Source: a virus. From it: 64,000 nucleotides of DNA. Positions 39,227 to 47,219 of this stretch are shown here, one piece after another (position 1 is the first letter of the stretch; the number at the start of each line of letters is the position of its first letter). Below the pieces are notes generated by a model. That model had not been told where the DNA came from. It saw only the letters and a list, made by a program, of their open reading frames with translations, and made no database searches. Location of the stretch: positions 14,533-78,532 of IMG/VR virus record IMGVR_UViG_3300007960_010163; one strand, written 5' to 3'. The translations under genes and the position numbers were made by a program.

Positions 39227-39870
39227 AAATTATTTGTAATTAATTTTTCAATTTCAAGCATGTCCTCCAATCTCTTGATGTAGTGAAAAGATATTTGATC
39301 AGCAATTTTTTCATAAGGAAAATTATACGGACTACCCGGAGGAAAAGAATGAAGATATTTGCAATTGATTACATCAATACCTTTTTCTCTAGCATAGAGC
39401 CCAACCGAAACATCGGAATATCCGGTTTGGTAATTTTTGCATTCATGAAAAACATTAAATAGCAAGCTATGACTCATGATATAACCAGCTCCACCACCGC
39501 AATAATATAAAGACTTGTCAGCTGGCCAAGAATTAGCTTTTATACCGTAAAGTTTATTTGTGTCTATATCTTTATTAGATAAAAAGTCCTCTAAATTTCT
39601 TGTGTTGACAAAAGTGTCATTATCGCAGAAAAAATAAAAATCATAATTATGAAATTTTTTATCTAAAAAAATTCTTTTGAAAACATTTACATTCTTTTCT
39701 TCGTTGGAATGGTAATCGGTTCTATCAGTAACTTTTACGATATTTTTGTTTGGATCTTCTGTATCAGAATAAAATAAAAGGTTTTGATCTTTGCCCCAAG
39801 AATTAATGACGTTATTATATCTGTCAGGATGGACGCTACCATGAAGTACGCAATAAAGAATATTAATCAT
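39223..39870 (-). CDS. GT31-family, core 1 beta-1,3-galactosyltransferase (C1GALT1)/Fringe-like
   Basis: NSWG, FYSD, FFCDNDTFVN..NL, GGGAGYIMS, SDVSVG and ISFHYI. Confidence 0.8.
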   Translation of the reverse strand: MINILYCVLHGSVHPDRYNNVINSWGKDQNLLFYSDTEDPNKNIVKVTDRTDYHSNEEKNVNVFKRIFLDKKFHNYDFYFFCDNDTFVNTRNLEDFLSNKDIDTNKLYGIKANSWPADKSLYYCGGGAGYIMSHSLLFNVFHECKNYQTGYSDVSVGLYAREKGIDVINCKYLHSFPPGSPYNFPYEKIADQISFHYIKRLEDMLEIEKLITNNL

Positions 39871-40531
39871 TGGTATTTGAGTGGGAATTTAATGCATCAA
39901 GATGAGATTGATCGTAGACATCGTTCTCATCAAAAACTTGACCGACAAATTGATTCTCTTCTCTTGGGTTTGGGAAATCGATACCAGTAAAAAAAGGATC
40001 GTGAACCATTATAGATTCAAGAGGGACTTGCCCAATTATCGCATCAAAAAATCTGTAATCGGTTCCGTAATTATCTGTCTGAGCAAAACGAGCGCACAAA
40101 TCTTTCATATTATCTAGGATACCTTTCTTGACGCCAAACATTCCGCCAAGAACATTAAATCCGTGATGTGGGTGATCGCGCATGATATGAAAAAGTTTTT
40201 CACTATTCATAAATTCAGAAACAGCGTCGGCTTCTCTTTGGTTTAAGCGACTGTCACAATCTCTGGAAAGCATTACAGAAACATCTTCTTCTGAAATAGG
40301 CTCAAACCTCCAAAACATTCCAGTCCAATTAGCCGCACGATCTTCAATGACTACTTCAGTACCATCGGAGGATTCAAGGGATTCAATGTATTCGCTTGGG
40401 ACGTCTTTATGGACATGGAACCTGCAGACCCAATCAGGGTAGTATTTTTCTCTTAATTCTGAATTCTTAATTGCCCCAACGCAATATTTTGGATTGTCGC
40501 CCCAAAGTGAGAATGATATAATTTTTTTCAT
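39863..40531 (-). CDS. Conserved glycosyltransferase-like protein (IISFSLWG family)
   Basis: IISFSLWGDNPKY, GMFWRF, SRDCDSR, HIMRDHPHH and FVGQ. Confidence 0.6.
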   Translation of the reverse strand: MKKIISFSLWGDNPKYCVGAIKNSELREKYYPDWVCRFHVHKDVPSEYIESLESSDGTEVVIEDRAANWTGMFWRFEPISEEDVSVMLSRDCDSRLNQREADAVSEFMNSEKLFHIMRDHPHHGFNVLGGMFGVKKGILDNMKDLCARFAQTDNYGTDYRFFDAIIGQVPLESIMVHDPFFTGIDFPNPREENQFVGQVFDENDVYDQSHLDALNSHSNTND

Positions 40532-41265
40532 ATGTAAGATGGTATATATTGATTTCTTACTTGATTGACTTCGCGAATGGCTTTTTGTAATGTTTTTGAT
40601 CCAGAAGAAATGCCCTCTGGGTTCCTGTAATACAAGCCGAGGACTTGATCTATTTTTTTCATTTTAGATCCACCCTTGGCAGCTCTAAGCCACATCTCGT
40701 AATCCGCTGCGGACATGAGGGATTCATTGAAAAAACCAAACTTTTCATGTAAGCTTTTTCTCCACATAGGTTGGCAGTGGGGAGAGTTTACTGACATAAG
40801 AGATTCGAAGCAAAAATCCATACATGGAAACTCCATTGTGGCTGAATTATCCTCAAAACTTTCGTTGGGCTTATCTGTCTCAAGGGTTCTGTAGTATACT
40901 AAATCGATATCTGGGTTTGATAAAAGGTTGTCTCGTTGTATTTCTATTGCCTGTTTAGATCTTCTATCATCTATATTTGCGTTTGTTATAAAAGTACCCG
41001 TTGAGTTCTTTATACCTAAATTCCAGCATCCATAAACTCCGGGGTCGAAAGACAAACCAAAATCAGAAAAGTGAAAATATTTTATGTTTGAATGTTTATC
41101 TAAGTATTCTTGGACAAAGTGCCTCTCATTTTCTTTATTAGCATCAATAATAACCAACTCAGAATCCGAGAATATAGTCTGAGATATCATGTTATCCATG
41201 AATCCCTCGATGAAATCCGCGCAGTTAAACATGGACGTAATCATTGAGACTTTCCCTTTTGCCAT
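40528..41265 (-). CDS. GT2-family glycosyltransferase
   Basis: VSMITSMFN, WNLGI, TNANIDD, PMWRKSLH, SAADYEMWLR and NPEGIS. Start 41265 fits the upstream promoter. Confidence 0.88.
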   Translation of the reverse strand: MAKGKVSMITSMFNCADFIEGFMDNMISQTIFSDSELVIIDANKENERHFVQEYLDKHSNIKYFHFSDFGLSFDPGVYGCWNLGIKNSTGTFITNANIDDRRSKQAIEIQRDNLLSNPDIDLVYYRTLETDKPNESFEDNSATMEFPCMDFCFESLMSVNSPHCQPMWRKSLHEKFGFFNESLMSAADYEMWLRAAKGGSKMKKIDQVLGLYYRNPEGISSGSKTLQKAIREVNQVRNQYIPSYI

Positions 41266-41270
41266 AAATG

Positions 41271-41299
41271 ATATTATCACATTCAGACGATTAAGTCAA
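41271..41299 (-). promoter_or_regulatory. Sigma-70-type promoter for the leftward glycan operon (leaderless)
   Basis: TTGACT-17-TAATAT with extended TGn; ATG 5 nt after the -10. Confidence 0.6.
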
Positions 41300-41330
41300 T
41301 AAAAATTTCGCGCGATTTTTTATTTTATTA

Positions 41331-41358
41331 TTGACATATATGAAATATATAGTATAAT
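41331..41358 (+). promoter_or_regulatory. Sigma-70-type promoter
   Basis: TTGACA-16-TATAAT in the AT-rich divergent intergenic region. Confidence 0.6.
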
Positions 41359-41471
41359 ATGATCATATAGTTCTTTATATTTCATATATAATAATATTAT
41401 ATACTATATATATAATTTAATAATTATTATTACGTTAGTAATACAGTACAACTTTTTATGAAAAATTTAGG

Positions 41472-41500
41472 TTGACTTTTTGTATGTTATATGATATTAT
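41472..41500 (+). promoter_or_regulatory. Sigma-70-type promoter (leaderless)
   Basis: TTGACT-17-TATTAT with TGn; ATG at 41508. Confidence 0.65.
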
Positions 41501-41507
41501 CTATCTC

Positions 41508-41762
41508 ATGGTCAGGAAAAAGTCAAATAAGAAAAAGTTTTTTTATATTCAATGCGGAGACTGGGACGGAATTACGGCAGCAAAAAGCCCAAGAGAAGCT
41601 TGTGTTCAAGTTGTTTCTCAAGCTCTAGAGCTCTTTAAAGATAAAGCTCGATTCTCAAAAGTTATGCTATGTGTTGATTGCAGTAAGTCAGTAGAAAATT
41701 CGCAAGATGATAAAGACGCTTTTTTAGTAGAAACAATATTGGAGGAAGTAAATGAACACTAA
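41508..41762 (+). CDS. Hypothetical protein
   Basis: ATG at 41508 follows the promoter and the ORF overlaps the next gene. Confidence 0.65.
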   Translation: MVRKKSNKKKFFYIQCGDWDGITAAKSPREACVQVVSQALELFKDKARFSKVMLCVDCSKSVENSQDDKDAFLVETILEEVNEH

Positions 41763-42333
41763 TTTTATTATAGGGGTTTGTGGTCATGCAAGAAGTGGAA
41801 AAGATACTTTTTGCGAACACGCCAAATCAATCCTATCAAAAAAGAAGATTGGCGCTGCAAGAGCAGCGTTCGCAGATGAACTTAAGAAAGACTTGGATGA
41901 TTTGTGTAGGCATAAGATAGGAATCAGTGCATTTACACAAGATTCAAAAGAGAAAGATATCATTCGGCCTCTGCTTGTTACATACGGTACTGAGGTCATA
42001 AGGAAAATGGATGAGAATTGGTGGATTAACAGACTTGAAAAGACCCTTGGGGTTCATCAGTATATGAATCTTATACCGATTGTTACCGACGTAAGATACC
42101 CAAATGAAATGGAATGGATACAGAAAAAACATAATGGAGTTGTTGTCTACATAACGAGAAAAGGAATAGGCCCCGCAAACTCCGAAGAAAAGAAAAACAA
42201 TCCTATCTTAAAAAAAATGGCAGACTATAGAATGATGTGGCCAACATTCGGAGATGGTAACTTAGATGAAGGCGAGAGATTCGCTAAGAAAATAGTGAAC
42301 AAGATATTTAGAACAAAAATAAAATGTACTTGA
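41752..42333 (+). CDS. Deoxynucleoside monophosphate kinase (T4 gp1-like)
   Basis: GHARSGKDT, FADELK, RPLLVTYGTEVIR and VTDVRYPNE. Confidence 0.88.
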   Translation: MNTNFIIGVCGHARSGKDTFCEHAKSILSKKKIGAARAAFADELKKDLDDLCRHKIGISAFTQDSKEKDIIRPLLVTYGTEVIRKMDENWWINRLEKTLGVHQYMNLIPIVTDVRYPNEMEWIQKKHNGVVVYITRKGIGPANSEEKKNNPILKKMADYRMMWPTFGDGNLDEGERFAKKIVNKIFRTKIKCT

Positions 42334-42908
42334 GGGATTATGAACTCGTTGGAAACATTCAAAAAGAGGTTAATATAGAATCCTCACTGAAAGAGCTTGT
42401 AAACAGACATAGTGGAATATTTTATGATATCATAAATAAATATGTCCCCAAGAATTCAGAGTTTTGCTGTAAGGACGATTTATTTGAAGATAGAGACCTT
42501 CATATTTACAACACTGCGCTAAAATTCAATCCAAGCAAAGGTACTAAGTTCTCAACATTTTTAGGGAATGAGACTAAATGGCTTTGCTTGAACTCTTACA
42601 ATAAAGCCAAAAGAAAACATTTCGAAACAAAAACGCCAGAAGAATTAGATTTTCTTGACAAAATGGAAAATAATGATAATATTGATAGAAATTTAGTCAA
42701 TGAAATTTACTTTATCATACAAAAACATCCAGATCCTAGAGTATCAAAAATATTCAAAATGAGATACAACGATGGACATAATTATAAACTTTTGCCATGG
42801 AAGAAAATTGCACCCGAAGTCAAATTAAGTATTCAAGGATGTATAAACATCCATGACAATGTTATTGTAGATCTAAAAAATAAATTATTAAAGAAGGAGT
42901 TATCATGA
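42324..42908 (+). CDS. Phage sigma-70-family RNA polymerase sigma factor
   Basis: Region 2 (ELVNRHSG...ALKFNPSKGTKFSTFL) and a region 4-like HTH (IFKMRY...WKKIA). Confidence 0.82.
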   Translation: MYLRDYELVGNIQKEVNIESSLKELVNRHSGIFYDIINKYVPKNSEFCCKDDLFEDRDLHIYNTALKFNPSKGTKFSTFLGNETKWLCLNSYNKAKRKHFETKTPEELDFLDKMENNDNIDRNLVNEIYFIIQKHPDPRVSKIFKMRYNDGHNYKLLPWKKIAPEVKLSIQGCINIHDNVIVDLKNKLLKKELS

Positions 42909-43318
42909 ATAATATAGTAGTATCAGGAAGATTGACCAAGGACCCAGAATGCAAAGAGTTCGACGAAGGCAAAGCTGTTTGCGATTTTACCGTTGCGATT
43001 AACGGCTATAAAAAAGAAGACACAATGTACGTTAAAGTGAAAGCTTGGGATGGCAGGGCAAGAAGTTGCGCCAAATTCACCAAGAAGGGAAGTCTCGTAA
43101 ATGTTTGCGGAGCCCTCAGGGAGAATTCTTGGAAAAATAAAGAGGGTCAACAAAGAAAAGAGTTTTATATTCTTGCATCAGATATAGAGTTTGTTCAAAA
43201 ACCACAAGAACAAGAAGGTCAAGCTCGCAAAAAGAGCGTTGAGAAAGTGGATAAAGAGCCTACTCCAGTCAAGGTAGAAGAGGTTTCTGAAGAAGAGCTT
43301 GAAGAAGTCCCATTTTAA
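42905..43318 (+). CDS. ssb: Single-stranded DNA-binding protein
   Basis: MNNIVVSGRLTKDPE, FTVAIN, KGSLVNVCG and an acidic tail ending in EEVPF. Confidence 0.95.
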   Translation: MNNIVVSGRLTKDPECKEFDEGKAVCDFTVAINGYKKEDTMYVKVKAWDGRARSCAKFTKKGSLVNVCGALRENSWKNKEGQQRKEFYILASDIEFVQKPQEQEGQARKKSVEKVDKEPTPVKVEEVSEEELEEVPF

Positions 43319-44403
43319 TGGATACTCTAATATTTAAATGCCCAGTTAACCCCGTTTCTTTTGGTAATGTTTCCCTCAATCTTTTGAGGGAAATGTTCAA
43401 AAGGGACATGGTTATCGCCCATTTCCCGATAGGGAATGTCGATGCATCTGTTTACGATAAGCTCCCAAATGACTTAAAAGAATGGCTTCAAAATTCCATT
43501 AATAATAGATTTAAGTTATTAAAGAAGGATCTTCCTACTCTTCAGTTATGGCACATTAACGGAAGTGAAAACAGGATTACTCCTAAACATCACTTAATAA
43601 CCTTTTACGAGCTTGACGAACCAACTGATACAGAAAAAAATATCGTTGATATACATGATAGCGTTATGTTTAGCAGCGAGTATTCAGCAAAAGCATTTAA
43701 ATCAATAGGATGCAAAAACGTTTCTCACATCCCAATTGGATTTGATCCCGATTTCCATAAAACAGGAAAAGAATATCTTCAAGACAAAGTTCATTTTGGA
43801 TTGATGGGTAAATTTGAGAAGCGAAAACATACAGGAAAAATATTAAGGCTCTGGGCAGAGAAATACGGCAATAATTACAACTATCAACTTTCATGCTGTA
43901 TAAATAATTCTTTTCTTAAGCAAGATCAATTGAATCAATTAATCCATCAAGCATTGGATGGTAAAAAGTATGGAAACATAAACTTCCTCCCATTCCTTAA
44001 GACTAATTCAGAAGTTAATGAATTTATGAATGCCATAGATATTGACTTGACTGGATTAAGTGGTGCCGAAGGATGGAACCTTCCAGCTTTTAATGCTACA
44101 GCATTAGGTAAATGGAGTATCGTTCTAAACGCCACATCTCATAAAGATTGGGCAAATGAACAAAACTCGATATTGGTTGAGCCATCTGGTAAGACGCCAG
44201 CCTATGATGGCGTATTCTTCCAAGAAGGAGCTCCTTTCAATCAAGGAAATATACACACTTTCAATGACGAAGAAGTTCTCTCAAAAATGGAAGAAGCAGA
44301 ATTAAAATGCAAAAAAGAAAATGTAGAAGGTCTTAAGTTACAAGAAAAATTTTCTTACTCAAATATGCTAGATTGTGTAATAAAAAATATTGAAAATAAT
44401 TAA
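43318..44403 (+). CDS. GT4-like (GT-B) glycosyltransferase in the replication module
   Basis: SFGNV, TFYE, IPIGFD, GKFEKRK and SGAEGWNLPAF. Confidence 0.8.
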   Translation: MDTLIFKCPVNPVSFGNVSLNLLREMFKRDMVIAHFPIGNVDASVYDKLPNDLKEWLQNSINNRFKLLKKDLPTLQLWHINGSENRITPKHHLITFYELDEPTDTEKNIVDIHDSVMFSSEYSAKAFKSIGCKNVSHIPIGFDPDFHKTGKEYLQDKVHFGLMGKFEKRKHTGKILRLWAEKYGNNYNYQLSCCINNSFLKQDQLNQLIHQALDGKKYGNINFLPFLKTNSEVNEFMNAIDIDLTGLSGAEGWNLPAFNATALGKWSIVLNATSHKDWANEQNSILVEPSGKTPAYDGVFFQEGAPFNQGNIHTFNDEEVLSKMEEAELKCKKENVEGLKLQEKFSYSNMLDCVIKNIENN

Positions 44404-44423
44404 TTTAATTATATTATATTGAA

Positions 44424-44615
44424 ATGAAAAAAGATATTAAATTCGAAGACGGCAAGGCTATTCTCTGCTGTGGTAGTAAAAAGTGCCCCATGCTTCATAA
44501 AAATGAAGATGGAATGATCGAAATCCAAGACGATTTTGGCGGAAAGATTACCATTAGAGAAGACCAAGCTAATCTTATTAATCAAGCAATTAAAGAGATC
44601 AACAAGAAAAAGTGA
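44424..44615 (+). CDS. Small hypothetical protein (CCxxxxCP)
   Basis: LCCGSKKCP and DDFGG; GTGA coupling to the next gene. Confidence 0.6.
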   Translation: MKKDIKFEDGKAILCCGSKKCPMLHKNEDGMIEIQDDFGGKITIREDQANLINQAIKEINKKK

Positions 44616-44920
44616 CAACAGCCCTGCTGTTGTTGTCATGCGTAGGTTTTACTTTCATACTAAAGTACGGATCTATACTGAATTGGATTCGCTCTTTTTT
44701 ATGTAAAGTAAAATTCTTTAATGATCTTTTTAAATGTTCGCTATGCTTAGGCTTTTGGTCTGGCTTGGCTCATTCAGTATTTTTATATCATTTCCAATGG
44801 AATGATATCTACTTTCTTCTTCCTCTAGTATCTTCTTGTGTTTGCTGGTTTGCTGATTGCATAATAACAAACTTACAGACAATAGAAATACTAATGGATA
44901 AAAAAATAGAAAAAGAATAA
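44612..44920 (+). CDS. DUF1360-like small membrane protein
   Basis: Hydrophobic segments with the LFKCSLCLGFW (CxxCxxxW) signature. Confidence 0.7.
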   Translation: MTTALLLLSCVGFTFILKYGSILNWIRSFLCKVKFFNDLFKCSLCLGFWSGLAHSVFLYHFQWNDIYFLLPLVSSCVCWFADCIITNLQTIEILMDKKIEKE

Positions 44921-45261
44921 TGCCCATTTACGTATATCAAAATCCAAACACCGAAGAATATATAGAAGTATTCCAAGGAATGAATGACGAACATAAATAC
45001 ATTGACGAATCAGGTTTGGAATGGAAAAGGGTTTTCATTGCTCCCAATGCAGCTATAGATTTGGATGCAAATCCATATGATAAGCAAGGTTTTATAGATA
45101 GAACCCAAGGAAAAGGAACTATGGGAGATCTCTGGGACAGAAGTAAAGAAATGAGCGACAAACGAGCTTCCCAGAACGGTGGAGTAGATCCCTACAAGAA
45201 ACAGTACTTTAAAGACTACTCAAGCAAAAGAAAGGGTGCTAAGCACCATTTGGATAATTAA
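44920..45261 (+). CDS. FmdB-like regulatory protein lacking the Zn-binding cysteines
   Basis: MPIYVY...EVFQGM...KRVF pattern. Confidence 0.65.
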   Translation: MPIYVYQNPNTEEYIEVFQGMNDEHKYIDESGLEWKRVFIAPNAAIDLDANPYDKQGFIDRTQGKGTMGDLWDRSKEMSDKRASQNGGVDPYKKQYFKDYSSKRKGAKHHLDN

Positions 45262-46595
45262 TGCAGTAAGGACCAGATTCCTGTATATCCTGCAAATTTC
45301 CCAGAATCAGTGTTGTAAATCAACATGCCCTCTACTGGGCTAGAAATCGCATTCATTTGAGCGGTTGTCATTCTAGGCATAATTGGAGCGCTGACTGTTG
45401 TAGATAAATCCAATATACCTTCCGGGGTAGAAGTTCCAATACCTAGTCTAGTATTACCTGTATCATAAACAAAATCATTTTTAGAGCAAATTATTCCGGC
45501 AGAATCAACCGCTTCTTCAAAAAATGTTATTCCGCTAACATTAACTGTTTTATTGTTCTTTACATCTCCACCACCTAATTTAGGATTTCCGGGCTGTACT
45601 AAAATAGTACCTTGACTACTATGATTTCTAATTACATGGCCAACTGAAACTTGATAGTTTGGTGAAGTTGGTTTGACTCCAGTAACAGCCCCAGATTCTA
45701 TAGCAAGAAAAACTTCATCTCCAGCAGAAAAAGTTGCCGTATTCAAACCCCTCACAATCCCATAAGTAGTTATATATCCAAAGTCATTATTGGCTATATC
45801 ATGAGTTGCTAATCCTATAACCTGAGAATTATCTTCTGAATCAGCAGAAGCTAAAGTAATTGTTGGTCCTTCTAGTCCAATCGCTCCATTTATTCTTACT
45901 GCTTGTCCATTATTTATAGTGCTACCAATAGTATTTTTAGCTCTTATATATTCTTCTTGACCAATTTGTAAAGTGATATCAGCTTCGTCGTTATACGTTG
46001 CTAATGATTTATTGACATCATCATAAAAAAGTCTTCCTTCTTTATAGGCTTGATTAGCGCCAACACCAACAGTAAAATCAATTGCATCAAAATCTCCGGT
46101 CAGAGTTTCTAATTGAACTCCGCTTCCATTTACAGTTAACGCTCCAGTAAAACTACCGCTTCCAAAAGCTAAGTTTTCTCCAGTAACAAAATAAAAATCT
46201 CCAGTTCCCCCATAAATTGTTCCATTTTCTACAATTAAATTACTATTATTTTTTACATTAACTTGGTCTTCTAGATTAATTTGACCTCCGCTAACATGAA
46301 GCGCTCCATTTGGAGCAGGAGTAGAGCTTCTTGGCGTACTTATAGGGTATCCTATTTTTACAGCGCCAGCAAAAACATTATTTGGGGTATAAATATTGTT
46401 TGGGTCAACTAAAATACCCTGCGCACCAGAGAAATCGGCATTACCTGCAAAGTATTTCCATCCGCTTAAATTAAAATTACCACTAGCTAATCCAGTAGCA
46501 ATTTCCGAGTTAGATGTGATTTGACCCTGTAAATCTCCGGACAAATTGTCGAATGTATCCTGTAATCCATCTACTTGTTTAAATTTTATTCCCAT
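45258..46595 (-). CDS. Putative tail fibre/virion decoration protein
   Basis: LQIGQE, INNGQAVRI, IGLATHDI, G-V-F-L capsid-cement-like module, RLGIGTSTP and PRMTTAQMNAISSPVEGMLIYNTD. Confidence 0.75.
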   Translation of the reverse strand: MGIKFKQVDGLQDTFDNLSGDLQGQITSNSEIATGLASGNFNLSGWKYFAGNADFSGAQGILVDPNNIYTPNNVFAGAVKIGYPISTPRSSTPAPNGALHVSGGQINLEDQVNVKNNSNLIVENGTIYGGTGDFYFVTGENLAFGSGSFTGALTVNGSGVQLETLTGDFDAIDFTVGVGANQAYKEGRLFYDDVNKSLATYNDEADITLQIGQEEYIRAKNTIGSTINNGQAVRINGAIGLEGPTITLASADSEDNSQVIGLATHDIANNDFGYITTYGIVRGLNTATFSAGDEVFLAIESGAVTGVKPTSPNYQVSVGHVIRNHSSQGTILVQPGNPKLGGGDVKNNKTVNVSGITFFEEAVDSAGIICSKNDFVYDTGNTRLGIGTSTPEGILDLSTTVSAPIMPRMTTAQMNAISSPVEGMLIYNTDSGKFAGYTGIWSLLH

Positions 46596-46619
46596 GTCCT
46601 TTATTCCTCAAATAAAATA

Positions 46620-46624
46620 TACAC
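46620..46624 (-). promoter_or_regulatory. GTGTA motif upstream of the fibre gene
   Basis: AAGTGTATATTTTATTTGAGGAATAAAGGACATG (24-nt leader with an SD-like GAGGA). Confidence 0.5.
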
Positions 46625-46632
46625 TTTTTTCA

Positions 46633-46661
46633 TTGAAAATACCTTTAATATATACTATTAT
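46633..46661 (+). promoter_or_regulatory. Sigma-70-type promoter (leaderless)
   Basis: TTGAAA-17-TATTAT; ATG at 46668. Confidence 0.55.
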
Positions 46662-46667
46662 CCGAAA

Positions 46668-47219
46668 ATGAGTATTTCTATATATAAACCAAATTCCAAG
46701 AACTCAGGGTCTGGGTTCTCTTTTCAAATCGGCATATCAAAGAATCAAGAGCCAGCGCTTTTTATAAAATCAATATTGCAAGCCAACTGGGATTCAAATA
46801 AAAAACAAGGATCCTTTAAAGAAAACCTTGATAATCCGGAAAAAAATATTACAGTTAAGTTCTCTGAATATGAAGTTGGTCATATTATTCACGCAATGAG
46901 AACTAGATGCACATATACCACCTATCATTCTTACGAAAGCGATAGGACTAATATTAAGTTCATGCCTTGGGATAAAAAAGCCAAGAAGTCAATGAAGACA
47001 GAAGATGGTGAATGGAAAGATCATTGGGTTGAAGTTCCAGCCTTTAGTATTTCTTTTGTCAGAAATGGTAATCAAAACTTCGTAATTGGATTGGAACCCG
47101 GAGAGACAGAAACTGTCATTGAGTTTTTGCGCTTTTATCTTAAAACCCTGTTCTCTCATAGGTTTGACAAGCAAATTCTAGACATTAAGAAAGCTAAAGA
47201 ACGACGAGAAAATGCGTAA
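46668..47219 (+). CDS. Hypothetical protein, Whirly/PC4-like ssDNA-binding fold suspected
   Basis: Two strand-rich plus helix repeats: ISIYK...VKFSEYEVGHII and FVIGLEPGETETVIEFL. Confidence 0.5.
   Translation: MSISIYKPNSKNSGSGFSFQIGISKNQEPALFIKSILQANWDSNKKQGSFKENLDNPEKNITVKFSEYEVGHIIHAMRTRCTYTTYHSYESDRTNIKFMPWDKKAKKSMKTEDGEWKDHWVEVPAFSISFVRNGNQNFVIGLEPGETETVIEFLRFYLKTLFSHRFDKQILDIKKAKERRENA

Noticed and set aside
1-41265. Bacterial O-antigen/capsule locus
   Set aside because: No wzx, wzy, wzz or initiating transferase; the region is interleaved with virion genes and flanked by phage replication genes.
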